From the NCBI GenBank assembly GCA_964247055.1, contig OZ176053.1, positions 7,502,001-7,566,000 on the forward strand: a DNA stretch of 64,000 nucleotides, written 5' to 3'. This document shows positions 48,271 through 62,652 of this stretch, piece after piece. Both the position numbers and the translations under genes were made by a program. Position 1 is the stretch's first letter. Every line of letters begins with the position of its first letter. This stretch comes from Paragordius varius. Its lineage: Eukaryota > Animalia > Nematomorpha. Under the pieces are notes generated by a model. That model was not told where the DNA came from. It ran no database searches and was given only the letters and a program-made list of their open reading frames with translations.

Positions 48271-48537
48271 CAAGGGTGGTCAACATGCTGACCGCGGAAA
48301 TTTTTGTAAATTACCAAATACATAAGATTTCCATAATTTTAAAAATTAAGAAAGTCTTAGTGAAATTCAAACAAATTCTTTAGTCATTAAATTGGCAGTG
48401 AAATGTAAAAATTGGTGAAATAAATAAAATTATTTTCTATATTCCATTTTTACAGCCTTACATTAAATAAAATATTTATGAATGCCCTTATATTTTTCAA
48501 ATGTGGCCCGCGAAGGTATTTGTGTTAGACACCCCTG
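48271..48537. mobile_element. Possible short hAT-type element or two unrelated hAT ends
   Basis: Left CAAGGGTGGTCAAC...GACCGCGG and right GGCCCGCG...TTAGACACCCCTG look like hAT termini, but the flanks (AAATAAAC vs TCTAACGT) do not form a TSD. Confidence 0.4.
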
Positions 48538-48812
48538 TCTAACGTCTGATGTGTGCGAAACTTAAGTAAAATTTAAAATGTTAATTTTAAGGTTTAATAT
48601 TAAATCTATAATTGTAATTCGTTAAACTTCGTTTTAAGATTGACAAATGTTTGGCCAAGTTGTATGAAATTTTGACATAAAGAAAGTTTTTTCCAAAAAC
48701 TGAAAATTTTGCTTTAAAATTTAATTTTTAGTAAACTTTTAGTGAAAACCATTATTTATATTTTAAAATATTGTACATTTTCTCGTATACAATTCGCCTA
48801 TCTCCAAGGTAA

Positions 48813-51239
48813 TCTATATATTTATTAAAATGGAAAATGGCTTTGTGATCTGTTTACGGAAAACCGGTAGATCCATTCAAACCCAAATGTCGAAAAAATA
48901 TAATCATTAATGAATGCCTCGACAATAGCTTCGACCTTTTTTGAATTAGGGCTCCAGTTCAGGCCCACCCTGGGTAAAAACCGTTTTTTTTAAAACTTAA
49001 GTCCACAAAAATCGTGTCGTTGAGACTCCGGAGAATGTGTTGGACCATTCAATTTCAAATATGATTTTTGTTTATTTCGATTGCGCCGAACATAGTCGTC
49101 CCGCTTTTTTAATTTAGGCCCTCTTTTTACCCGCCCTCCTGTAAAATGTCAATTTTTTCAAAAAAACAAAGTCCACAAAAAATTTTTGAATTTATTTTTC
49201 GCCCGGTATGAGACCGTAAAAATATAATATGATTCCAGGTATTCCCTGTTAAAAGGAAAAAATTTGTTGGGTAAGAAGATACCCGCTAAAAATGCGCCAT
49301 GATATCGAAATAGCGTGACCTTGGAGCTAAATTTTAGAAAACCTATTACCATATGAGTTCAATAGGTGCCATAAACATTACCCGTAACAAGAGGCAAAAA
49401 CTTAGGCCGCACGGTATTTTAAAATTAGCCATTAATTAGGCCCTTCATGTCCTAAAAAATCCGCCATATAGAATGATTTTTTAGTTTTAAGGCATTTTTC
49501 CAACAACTAATGAAAGCGTATGGAAACAATCATGATTCCAGGTATTCTCCGTAAAATGGCAAATTTGTATCAGCATCTGGGTATGGAGCTACCTAAAACT
49601 GCGTAACCATACCGAAATTGCCTTGTTTAGGAGTTAATTTTCAGAAAACCTATCAGGCCACGTAAGTTTAATAAGGGCCTGAAAATTATCCGTAAAAAGG
49701 CATAAATTTAAGTCCGGCCGTTTTTTAAATTAGATGTTAGTTTGGCCCTTTACGCCCTAAAAAATGCGCTATCATTAAACTATTATTTAGTTTTGAAGTC
49801 ATTCTTTCAAAAACTGGTAAGAACATAAGGAATGAATGATAGGTAATTCCCTCTAAAGGCAAATGCTCAACGCTTTTTTACCTGCCCTGGGTTAGGAGCT
49901 ACTCGCCAATAACTGCGTTACTATATCGATACAGCGTGACTTTGGAGGCAAATTTTAGAAAACTTATCAGGCCATATGAGTTCAATAAGGGCAATATTAC
50001 CCGTAACTAGATAAAAATTAAGGTCGGGCTTTTTTTAATCAGCCGTTTATTTGGGGCCTCTATGCCAGGAAAAATACGCCACATAACGATTATTTAGTGT
50101 TGCATTTCGAAAACCCCATATGACGATGGTATCAAATATGATTCCAAATATTTGCCCAATAAAGGCAAAGAATTTATTTCAACGCTTTTTCATATATGTC
50201 TATGGGTAGGCGTTTACCCGTTTAAAACTGAGTAGCCATACAAAAATGGCGTGGTTTTGGAGCCGATTAAAAAACTGAGAAGACATACGAGTTCAGTTAA
50301 ACACATTTCTGGAGAATTTATATATCATTCTTTCCTTTAAAAAGTGACTAAAAATGAGTTACTTTTTATATCCCTTAATCCAAGCTGTATTAACACAATT
50401 TTAAAATAAAACTTTTAGCCATAATTTCGTAAAACAAAAATCTTAAATTAAATTTAATGATATTGAATATTAACTTTCATAAGGGACTGTTTAACACTTC
50501 GATTCAAATTCGGGTATCTAAATACCCCAGACTAAATTTAAATTATACTTTTTGAAAAACTACTGAATGAAACGGTCCCAATTTAAATTTATGCTTCTAT
50601 CCTGATAAATATATTGTATATATGCCAAAATATCTTGATAATATTTTGTTTTGAAAAAAAGTTCCATCTCAAACTACTTTGACGCCATTTTTTTTTTTAC
50701 AAAAATTTTGCAAAATATCGTCTTCATTTAATTTTAAGGGTAAAACTAAAGCTTATTTTTATATAAATTACATCTAACATTGATAGAAATAGAAAAAGCG
50801 GTTTATTTTGTATTATTTTTTAATTTTACAATTTGACTCATGTCACGTTGACTAAATTTTTACCTTTCAGTTTCAGATCAAAATAAGTAATATCAAGTAT
50901 TTTTGAATAAAATTTTTTATATATTTCGGTTTATTAATGTTATATATGTGCAAAATTTTGCCATGGTTTCGACTACTTCCTACTTTTTAAAGTATTTGAT
51001 TTTGAAAAGGCCTGGGGTATCCAACTACCCCAATTTGAATCGAAGGACTAAAATGAGTGTGTTGTATCCAAGTGTTAAATATGGTCAATTTCGAGTAAAC
51101 AATATTTGAGCCTTAGCAAAAACCCGTAAAAGAATAATAAAAGAAATTTTTATCTAATATGTTTTTCAATTACCTCTATTTATTGCAAATTAATAATTAT
51201 CGGTGAGACTACGTCACGAAGCGTTACAGGGCCAGCTGC
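48813..51239 (+). mobile_element. Non-autonomous Helitron-like element, copy B, interrupted by a piggyBac-type MITE
   Basis: 5' A|TCTATATATTTATTAAAATGGAAAATGG; 3' GTCACGAAGCGTTACAGGGCCAGCTGC. Colinear with the reverse complement of 9953-11530. Three ~310-bp internal subrepeats (~49330, 49637, 49951). Confidence 0.7.
50495..51074 (+). mobile_element. TTAA-flanked piggyBac-type MITE, copy 2 (nested in Helitron copy B)
   Basis: TTAA|CACTTCGATTCAAATT ... GTATCCAAGTG|TTAA. The matching position in Helitron copy A has no insertion. Confidence 0.88.
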
Positions 51240-51451
51240 AATTTTATATAATTATAAGGCTAAAAAGAGTACTTATTTTAACATTTTTGCTAGTTCATTG
51301 TAAAAATTTGGAAATATAATTTAGAAAGTTTGTTTAACCACATCTGTTTTACTTAGATATAGTAAAAATTTCCAATGAAGATATCTCGTGAGCCGTAGGC
51401 ATGCTGCCCCCGGGTTGCATGTTGAGCCCCCCAGCTATATATAAGGCGAGA

Positions 51452-51871
51452 GAAATGTTCAGCATTCAAATTAATTATGTAAAAAGTGTTTTTATGATAC
51501 CTTAAGGCGTTTTTATACCGTTTCCATCATACCCTAAATATTATGACGTACTCTTCCATAAAATTTTGTAAAATAGGCATTTTTTTAAATATTTTAAAAT
51601 TATTTTTAAATTTAGCATGTTATAATTTTTTTTCTGAATCTCGACATTTTTGCAATTATTTTAAAGAAGCTCATTTTAGAAGACAAAAATAGGACTTTCG
51701 AAACCAACATCTAAAAATTTATTTTTTAAAAATAATGTTTTGCTTTTAATATATAGTTTATGATATTTTTAATGATATTTTTGGAAGGAAGCCTCTGGCT
51801 TTCGCTAAAAACTTTTTTTACGATGTGGGCAAATTATGCCATTTCTGGATGGAGCGATTACCACAAAAGTG
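51452..51871. mobile_element. Solo right arm of the 12643-13634 fold-back family
   Basis: Colinear with ~13200-13634 (TTCAGCAT...AAAAAGTGTTT...GCTCATTTTA...ACATCTAAAAATTT...GATGTGGGCAAATT.TGCCATTT...AAAAGTG). Confidence 0.75.
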
Positions 51872-51885
51872 TTCCTCTTCCTTAA

Positions 51886-51980
51886 CACTTCGATTTATAT
51901 TGGAGGTCATTTTTATGTTTCATCATTTGTGCAAAATATCGTTTTTATTTAATTCAAAGTCAAAAATTAAATATACTTTA
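51886..51980 (+). mobile_element. Internally deleted sibling of the piggyBac-type MITE, itself hit by copy 3
   Basis: TTAA|CACTTCGATT start, then a jump to the internal motif CATCATTTGTGCAAAATATCGT, ending at the TTAA used by copy 3. Confidence 0.55.
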
Positions 51981-51984
51981 TTAA

Positions 51985-52562
51985 CACTTCGATTCAATTT
52001 GGGGTATCTAAATACCCCAGACTATATATAAATTGAAATTTTTAAAAAACTACTGAAAGAAACGGTCCCAATTTAAATTTATGCTTCTATCCTAATTAAA
52101 ATTATATAAATAAGCCGAAATATCTAAATAAAATTTGATTTTGAGTAAAAAGTTCCATATCAAACTACTTGGACGCCATTTTTATTTCACAACATTTTTG
52201 CAAAATATCGTGTTTATTTGAAAAGCCTAAATGAAAGCTAATTTATCATTTAAATCACATCTAACTCTGATAGAAACAGGAAAAGTGGTTTATTTTGTAT
52301 TATTTTTTAATTTAGCTAATGCACACATGTCATGTTGACTAAATTTTTACCTTGAGGTTTTACCAAAAAATAAGTAATATCAAGTATTTTTAAATGAATT
52401 TTTTTTATATATTTCGGTTCATTAATGTTATATGAGAGCAAATTTTTGCCATGGTTTCAATTCATTCCATATTTTTAGAATTATTTAATTTTAAACAGGC
52501 CTGGGGTATCCAACTACCCCAATTTGAATTGAAGGACTGAAATGAATTGTTGTATTTTAGTG
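51985..52562 (+). mobile_element. TTAA-flanked piggyBac-type MITE, copy 3
   Basis: TTAA|CACTTCGATTCAATTTGGGGTATCTAAATACCCCAG ... CTGGGGTATCCAACTACCCCAATTTGAATTGAAG...TAGTG|TTAG. Confidence 0.85.
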
Positions 52563-53199
52563 TTAGATCACTCATAAGAGTCAAAACTAAAACAACAATG
52601 ATAATCCTGACACATTTCCTATCAGATTATAAATATTTCATTTTTTATATATCTTTAGATGTAGTATATATATATAAATATGTATATTCATACCTCACCC
52701 GGATTTTGTTTTATACCCCCGGATATGCACAATTTACGTTTTTTAATATAAGCCATCACAACAAATGTAATAAATTTGTTTTAAGACCTTAAGTCCTAAA
52801 CTAAATTATAATTTGTATATATAATATTTGCTACCACCTATTAAATATTTAAGTTTTTGATGGTCAATGCCGTGGATGGAGAACTATTCTATAAGAAATT
52901 TTAATGCCTAATTTAAAAGATTTAAAAGTTTTGGACATAATAATATCGAATATACATTTTTCGTTGTTCTTACCATCATATATATATTATTTTAGATTCT
53001 CTCTAATATGAAAATTTATAGTATGATGATATTAATGCTATTAAACTTTTACATGAAATTTTTTGATCAACATTATGAGATATTATTTTTTTAATATCAA
53101 TGTTATTTATTTGAAAGATATACTTTGATTTTTACAGAGCAATTTTTTCTTAAGCCTTTATTCAGCTGTTTTTATATTTTATAGCATAACTTGTGCAAC

Positions 53200-56100
53200 A
53201 TGGAGACCGATCAAATTGATGCTACTCCAATATCTGTAAACACGACAAAATCCGAAGTTACAATGTCATCTACCAATTTATTTTTGGAAAAGCTGAAATC
53301 GGAAACGACTACGGAGGATGCGCAGCAGAATAATGGTTTAGAAAATGGAAATAAACAATATGATCCCCATGAACAGGCTGATGAATATGATGATGAATTT
53401 CATCCCGACGCGGAAACTAATCATGAAAATTATGATTCTAGTTATATTGAATCAACTGGGGATCACGAGGAAGAGAATCATAAAAATGATGAAAATATAC
53501 CTGACGATAACTTTGGCGAAGAATTTAAAAGGCCCTATCTTCCATTTGGGCCTAGTAATAATATGCACCCCCGATTTCGCCCACGTTTACCGCCTATGAT
53601 GATGAATATGATGAACCCAGGGTATTACACTATTAGGAATATTTTTTTGTTAATTTTTTGCTAATAAAACCGTTCTAAAAATATTATTTTTCATTTTTTA
53701 TCATAATTTTTTAGGTACTACTTTTTAATGAAATATTTATGGGTAGCACAATATGATTTATTGATTTTTTCTGGCTATTTATACCTTAAAATTATTCATT
53801 TAATAAACTTGTGTGGTATATTTTTTGTTTGATCACCGATGTAGAACATGATTTACAACCTAAACCAAAACAGTTACGGTTTTAAATATTTAATCATAAT
53901 CATAATTTCTATGTTTTTTAAGTATCCGCAATCCCCTTCAACAACGCATGTTTATGATGATGAATATGATGCGCATGGCAAATATGCGACGTGGATTACC
54001 CAATCAGATGCCGGGTCAAAATGGTCCTACATTCCCTCCAGATGGTTTTTATATATAAATATTCCTAAATTCTATATATTATCTATTTTGTTCATATGTT
54101 ATTTATTGATTTCACATTTTTTAGGAAATGGACCATTTCCATTCAATACTGGACCATCAGGACCAATGGTTTGTTTAATTAATTTTCAACAGGGAAACTA
54201 ATACCCTTACATTTTTCTATTTTTAATGTTTGTTTTCACATGCATGCGGATCTTTTTATTCGAAACTTACAATCAATCTTTAGGGACCTCAACAACATCA
54301 GCAATCCATTCCACTTAATGGTGGCCCTGATATCGAGAGTTCAGATCTAAATTTACCAATCACAGATCCAACTGCACTAAATCAATCACCATTTCACCCA
54401 TCGGCTGGACCAGGGCCCCTAAATAGTATGCAGCCAGGACCAGCGTCAGGTCCTCCCCTTAACAACAATAACATGTTTATGATGCAACATCAGCAGCAAT
54501 CACGTTTTCCAAATTCTCCACGAATGCCCCCCTTTCTCCCTCAACAACAACAACAACTACCACCCGGACATCCGCAAAATGCGCCCAATGCTTTTCCTGG
54601 TGCCGGTGGTGGTTTTAGATTACCCATGATGATGATGGGACAAGGGCCACCTTCATCCGGTGGCGGAAATAATCTCCCCTTTCCTAGTATGAATAGTATG
54701 GCAGGCCCTAATGCTGGACAACAACATCAACAGCAACCCTTTATGGGATTCCCTCATCATCAACAGCAGCAACAAGGCGGCGGTCCCCCAAACATGCCCA
54801 TGATGATGATGAATCAACATCAACAAATGCCATCAGGTCAACCCAGTCTGCATCAACAACAACAACCGAATGGGCCTTCCTTCCCCTTTATGGGTGGCGT
54901 TAGTGGTGGACCTTTTGGAACAACCGGAAGTGTTGGAGGTCCACCCACGTTTCCTGGAGCCTCTGGGGGATTTATGCCACCTCAACATCAACATGCGATG
55001 GCATACCCACCCCCAGCTGCTAATGCTATGATGCAACCAATAGCCTCTCATAATTCTAGTTCCCCTCCCCCGGGCCCCGTGTCTACCCTTACGCTGGAAA
55101 ACTTGATGAGCAAAACTTTGACGCCTGAAGATTTGTTGACTGGTTTGGTGTGGGTTGAAACACCTGCCACGGATGGTGGAAAGGTATGGAGACATTGTAT
55201 CTTATTTTAATTATTCTTAATAATTTACATTATTGTGAATTCGAATGAAAAAATAATTGCAGTGTTCTTAACAAAGTATATTTTTACACTGTTAATATAG
55301 AGTAAGAAAATTAATCATGTTGCTTCACCAACAATATCATGGTTCCTTTCTTTTAAACCGTACATTGATACATTTTAATAAATTAATGAATACATTTTCA
55401 TTTTTTTCTTATTTATATTTTTTAGCGACAATAATATATTATGCTTACTGTATACAGTCAAATCCCTTTTTGTGCGATTTAAAAGTCATATTTTGTCAAC
55501 ATTTATAGATCGGCATAATGCAAAAAAAATTTCATATGCAAAAAAATTCGCACAGAAAAGTTTTTCTTATATAGGAAAAATAAAAAACGAGTACCAAACC
55601 TTAGCCATTCTGCCGCAAGGTTACCTGTAATTACTGATTATATTAAATTATATAAGTTTTATTCTTCCATATAGAAAAATGCTATAAATGACATTTGAAA
55701 TTAATTTATCTATTTGGTTGTTAGTAAGTTTTTATTAAAAATATTCTAATTTCGCGTTCTTGTTTTAACCTTTGTAATTTACAATTAAAGCGTATTTTCT
55801 GTTTTAAACTCTTTTTACATTATTATTAATATCCGTGCAATGTTTTCAGTAGTTATAAGATCAATTATTCATATTGGAAAGATAAATCCAAAAATAAGAT
55901 TAAATTTTCAAAAAATAAAAATTTAGTTAATATAATAGATAATTCTCAAATATAATAGTAGACGAATAAAACAACAAAAAGCGAAAACTAATTATTCAAT
56001 TAATTCACAAAAAAGTAAAGGGTTCTGACTGTAATTTAATTATTATGTGTGGTGAGTTTAAGGTATAATTTATATAATATATATACACATATATATATAT

Positions 56101-59100
56101 ATATATTTACCAGAGTTATTTTTACAATGTTAAAACTCGGGAGACAAGCTGGGAAAAACCGGTTGGTAAGCGAGTTATTCAACAATTCGAACTTGAAATG
56201 ATTGCCAATTCCAGTAGCGCTTTGCAACAAAGTAAAATACATTATATATTTATATAACGTATTCTCAGTTTTAGATTCATACCCTCGCTTTTCATTAATA
56301 TAATGGGAAAACTAAAAAATTATTGCGAACATCATTATTGAAAAAATTATTAAAATTTAAATAACTCTTTAATCGTACTACCTCAACTATTTTATGAATA
56401 ATTTGAGATTATTAAATTTTTATAATTATTTTATATTAATTTTGAATGTAGTCATTATGGGTAACTTTTGTTTTTAATTATAAAAACTACAAATTCAACA
56501 TGATTTATAATAATTTTTTTATTGTTTCCAGGTAAAGCTGCCTCAGCGCACATGGCTCAGGTATGAAGTTTTATTAAAGTTTTGCTTGTAATTTTATAAT
56601 ATATCTCTTTTATTTTTATTATTATAATTATAGCCAAACAATCATGAAGCATCTCTAAATGCCTTTAAACAAGGTACCTTATATTGTTTTCTAACTATAT
56701 TATGTATTATGTTTTATTATTGCTATTCAATTTTCAACCGTTTATATTTAGCTGAAAGAGAAAAGTCACTAAATAGCGAGAATAAAAATAGCAGCGTATG
56801 GACGGAACATAAAACACCCGATGGGAAAACATATTATTTTAATACCTTGACTAAAGAATCCACTTGGGAAAAACCAATTACTCTTATAGAAGATAAAAGT
56901 AATAATACATTGCCTATTTTAAGATTTATAATTTATATCGCATTTTTACATACCACATATACCATTTGCAGTTCAAATTCGCCCTTGAAAAATTCAAATT
57001 TACCCTAAAATAAAGTGTTTATTAAGATTAAAAATTACTATAATATTTATATATTTTTTTAAAAATGGAAATCTTGTTTAAAATTTAAATAATGAAAAAA
57101 TAATAATTATGCCATTAAGATGTATTTCATATTAAGATGAGTTATATTAGACCGAAAACACATAATTTATTTTTAGGAATCTGAATTGTTCAGGGGTTAA
57201 TTTGAATTGTAAATGGTATATCATAAAAGTCAATTTATATTAATTCTCTGCCCATTAATTATAATGCATGACTTTTAAAAAAATATGAATTGGTAGTTTT
57301 TTTCTGATATTATAGATGATCATGTCTTTATTTTATTATAGGTGCTTCTAAGGTTGTACAAGACACAATTATGGCTAAAAAGGTTTTAAATTTTTACGAA
57401 TTTTATCCTGTTATTGAACGCTAAATTATAATATAATCAAATAGGAGGAACCAGTCAAAGAAACTCCTAAACCCGCGCCAAAAGACAAAAGCAAACCTGT
57501 TTCCAGTACTCCTGTGTCAGGAACACCATGGTAATTCTAACCTAAACGTTATAAAAAGAGAGTAAATGAAAATATTTTAAAGCATATAAATATTTTTTTT
57601 TGGATATAAGTAAATAGAATCAAATCTTTAAGGGGAATAATTATGTGAGAGACTCACTATGCACCCATTTTTGTAAAAAATGGCCATCCTTTATTGTACA
57701 ATACTATTTATGCCTCTAATTCTGAAACGACCACTTTTTGACATTTTAAAATAATCACATATATTTGACCTGCCCTGAAATATTTGTTAAAATGAGTTTT
57801 TACCAGATTAAGCGTTAGTGTAATCTCTGATCCATATAATCTTTGTGTAAAATAATTCTTTTGTGGTTTTTAATTTATTGTTTTGCATCTTGCATGATTT
57901 TATCAAGAACTTTGACTTTATATAATATTTATTATCTTGCTCTATAAGGTGTATTGTTTGGACTGGGGATGGAAAAGTGTTTTTCTTTAATCCAACCACC
58001 CGTCTATCCATATGGGAAAGACCTCCCGAATTGAGAGGCCGCGAAGACGTGGATAAGCTGGTAGCAAATCCACCATCTGAAGTTAAAACTGCTGGAGACA
58101 CTGTGGATGCAAGTTTGTTTTTGAGATTTTAGCATTTTTTATCATCATATTACTAGGATAATCTAATCATTTATATGATTTTATATGTATTTCCACACTA
58201 TTTAGGTACTAAAACTAAACACGAATCCGATGAAGAACACTATAGCACCAAAAAGATTAAGTAATTTTTAAAATGAATAATTTTTTTAGCAGAGAAATAT
58301 TACAATACTATTTTTGGGGACAACCATTATGACTAGTTATTAGATGTTGAATCTTGCAAACTTTTTTGCACTATAAAGCTACATATTTTGAATACATTTT
58401 AATACTCACCTACCTCTTATTAAAGCTTAACCGATTAATTTTAATCATATATTAATATATTAAAATGACTCTTTAAATTACATGAATGTATGTTTTAATA
58501 TTGCCAATGATTAATGATTTAAATAAGGGGTAAAAAACCCTTTTTAACTCGTTTGTTTTTTTGCTGTTTTAGAATTTCTTCATCACCTCTTAACGATAAT
58601 AGTAGCAGTACTCAGAATCATGGGGATGATGACGATGAGGAGGAGGAGATTGAAATCATTAAGGAAAGCATTAAGGATCCTTCCAAGGCGACCAAAGATG
58701 CCGACATGGGCACGACGGCTCTTGAGGCTGAGGCCAGAGCTGCCCGTGAACGTGCTTTAATCCCATATGATTTGAGAGTCAAGCAATTCCGTGAAATGTT
58801 GTACGAAAGAGAGGTATGCATATATTCACGATTTAGATATTGCTACAGTTAGTAATTGTATTGATGTGAATTGGTATTATTTTATTTCTTATAAAAAGTT
58901 TGATTTACAAAGTTGGAGGCAAAATAGTCAGGTATTTTTTGTTTCAATTTTATGTCCTCGTATAGTGTTGAATTATATTAATTTTTTTAGCAATAGATAT
59001 TTTTATATGAAAAGGGTTCGGGATAACCTTGAAAATGTATTTTTTACTTTTTACATAAATAAAATTTAGAATATCCTAAAATAAATATGATAAATTTATA

Positions 59101-62100
59101 ATTTAGGTTTCTGCCTATTCAACTTGGGAAAAGGAATTGCACAAAATTGTTTTCGACCCTAGATACTTGTTGCTGAGCTCAAAAGAAAGGAAGCATGTAA
59201 ATTATAAAAAAATTATTTATATAATGAACATTTTGTTTTCTTAATTAAAATATAATTTACTTAATTTTTTATTCATCATATAATACACATTATATTAAGG
59301 TTTTTGAGAAGTATATGAAAGAACGTGCTGAAGATGAAAAGTTAGAAAAGAAACGAAAATCCAAACAAATGAAAACAGATTTTTTTAAAATGCTTGATGA
59401 AGCCAAAGCTTTTAGCAAGTAATTATTTAGAATAATTTAATTTCCACACTATATGCATTAAACTTTGCAAATATTATCCCTAAAAGGTTAACTCGATAAC
59501 CATATTTTGTATACCATTATTTTTTATATAGATAAATGTTTTGGATGCATCATATAATATATTATTTTAAAAATATATTAAATCAGAGCCTAGCGCATAA
59601 CAGTTTGCAAAATAACTTTTTTATCTAAAATTAATCATTTTATTCTAATATTTTTTTGTAAAATCTAGAAATGTTTGTGAATTTTATAAATAACGATCAG
59701 GCAATATACTCTTAAATATAAAATTCATTTAACAACTAACAATACTTATTTCCCATTTACTTTTGAGTGAGAAATTACTCTACGCAACTATGGTTAATTT
59801 ATAGTAGTTTATATGTGCGAATTCCAATTAAATTTTTACAATAAACTATTTTATTTTTCAAATTAAAATAGGAAAAAAGTCTTAAATTATCAATGCGGCT
59901 TGAGAAGCCATCTGTATTAAACGCCAGTTTGTTGCATCATAGGTTCTAGCTGAATTTTATCATTTTTATTCTTCATTTACATAATATTTAGGAAATTGAC
60001 GTTTGGTGACATTGCTCACAAGTACGGTAAGGACGCACGTTACAAGGCTATCGTTAAAACAAGGGATCGTGAAGACTATTTTGCCGAATATATGAAGGAA
60101 AAAACGCGGGAGAGTAGTAAAGATCATCATCGATCTGACAAAAATGAACACACCAACAAAGACCGCGATCGAAACAAGGAAAAAGATAAAGACCGCGAAA
60201 GGGACAGAGAAAAGGACCGCGATAAGGATAAGAAACGTTCATCCAAAGAACGTAGTAAGACCTCCCACAAGGATGATAGAGAAAAAAGTGATGTGAATGG
60301 AAAATCAAGTTTGGTGCCGTCTGAAAAGGTTGATTTTTTACATACCATTGGATATTTAATTTACATTCTTAACTTTATAAATGATCAATTCGGTGTAGTT
60401 TTTATACAATGGACCATTAGGTAATTGTATTAAGAGTTTATAAATATAATTATTTTATTGACCTAGATTATATTATTTTTAAATTCCTTAATCACTTGGT
60501 AGACTATATTATTCAGTTTTTATTTTAAAATGTGCATTTTCAAATTTAGTCGATCATTTAGCAGTTATAAGGGTAATAAATGTAGATTTTATTGGCGGAT
60601 AATTTTTTGGAACACATTTATATTAATTTATATTAAATATCGAAATTCACGTTTATAATTAAGCACGAGATATAATATTCAATTATGATTACAGATTTGA
60701 AATCATTGATTGTCAATATATATGTTTGGGTGAATGACTCTTTTTTTCATTAATTAGCAGTATCAATCACGGTGTGGAGTTATAGCCTTTGTTCTTTTTT
60801 ACCCAATCAAAATTCTTCTATGTAGCCATTCATTAGTAAAACTCTGACCACTGTCATCCATGTATTAATATTATTGATTTTGTTATCATAATCGTTAAAG
60901 TGTTTGTAATTAATCTATTTTGATTTTTTGTCAATTATATAATATAATTCCTATTTTTAAAGTATATAGTTTTTTTAAACATGATTTTTTAATAGTTTTT
61001 TAAACAGCGTGTATTTGTAACTAATTAATTTATTGAATGCGTTCCATTTCTAACTTTTAACATAATATATTTATAAAGTCATAATAAATAAATTAAATCA
61101 ATCAAAAAAAATGCAATTGTTAAATTTTCCAACTTCATAGAATTGTACGAAAGATAGATGTCAACGGAACTGATTTGTTGCTTTTCAATCAATCTTTATT
61201 TATGTGTGATTCTTCCGCCATATTATATAAGACATGGATCAGGGTAAAATCCCAAATACCTACTCTATTGCGCCTTTTTTAATAGTCATATTAGATACTT
61301 GGCTTTTTCATTTATGATGTGTCTTATAATTTTATAGTCTACGCAATTAAGTTTAGGAATGACCGACATTTTGTTAATCTTCTACCTGGGAATAAGTTTT
61401 TATCCATATATGTACAAAAATTTGTTTATTAAACAAGTATAAATAGAGTTCGTTGTACACATACATCTACAATTCCTTTCTTTTGCTTTTTCCGTGTGAA
61501 ATATATTTCTTTCATCCTTATTTTATTGTTATCTCCTTATGTAATTTAGGAAAAGGTATCTATAGAAAAGGAAACCACCAATATCGATAAAGAAAAGGAG
61601 AAAAGAATTGAAGCAAGCATTAAAAAACGAGAAAAGGAAGTTAAGGAAACGTTGAGTGAACATTTGAGGGACAGGAATAGGGAAAGAGAAATCCACAAAC
61701 ACGATGAAGCCATTCAACAATTCAAAGCGCTTTTAGTAGATTTGGTATATATTAATTTAGTTTTTATATATACAGTCTAATTAATAAACTATACATCTAA
61801 TGAAAAAACATGTATAAGCGGAAAATGATTTTCCCTTTATCCTTGTATTCTTTTAATTTTTTGTGATTTAATAATGTGCGGTATTGTTTTTAGGTCAAAA
61901 AGCCAGATGATGATTGGAAAGAAGTTAAGCGCATTCTAAAGAAAGATGCCCGCTGGGATATATGCAAAGATCTTGATAAAGATGAAAGAGATAACATTTT
62001 TGATGATCACATTGCTTTGTTAGTTAAGAAAAAGAAGGAAAAGTTTTGGCAATTGTTGGACGAAACTTCAGAAGTACAATTTTGTACATTAACATTATGA

Positions 62101-62652
62101 TTTATTGGTTTTACCAATATAATGTATTTTAACTCTCTCTGTTTCTATTTACTTTCATCATAGCTGACTCTATCATCAAATTGGAAATCAATAAAGAAAA
62201 TTATCAAAGAGGACAATCGCTACATAAAATTTTCGAGTAGCGATAAGGTAAACCTATCTTTTTAATCAATATATAGAAAAAAGAAAAGGAATTTGATGAT
62301 TACATGAAAAACCGCGTTTCCAAATGCTTATCGGAATTCAAGGACCTTTTGAAGGAAACAAAATTTATAACACACAAGTATAATAAAAAATATAGTCATA
62401 AACTAACAAATATTGTATTTTTGTTACATATGTAATATCTCTTTTAATTATAGATCTAAGGAAACCATTGAAAACGATGATAACAAACAACATTTGCAAG
62501 ATATTAAAGACATTTTGTCTAAGGACAAGCGTTATCTTGTGTTGACAGACTTAGATGATGACCGGGAACGTTTATTATGGGATTATATAAATGAAATGCA
62601 TAGACGTGGTCCCCCACCTCCTCCAACAGCAACTGAGCCTAGGAGACGCTAG
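53200..62652 (+). CDS. TCERG1: Transcription elongation regulator 1 (CA150): Pro/Gln/Met-rich N-terminus, 3 WW domains, 5 recognisable FF domains, ~20 exons
   Basis: WW1 [11 protein letters not shown]|[18 protein letters not shown]2 [28 protein letters not shown]3 [28 protein letters not shown]; [44 protein letters not shown] and the terminal [16 protein letters not shown]. Confidence 0.96.

Noticed and set aside
54833-60348. Minus-strand ORFs over TCERG1 (54833-55195, 57808-58101, 58618-58821, 60054-60308, 60127-60348)
   Set aside because: Antisense to low-complexity or conserved TCERG1 exons.
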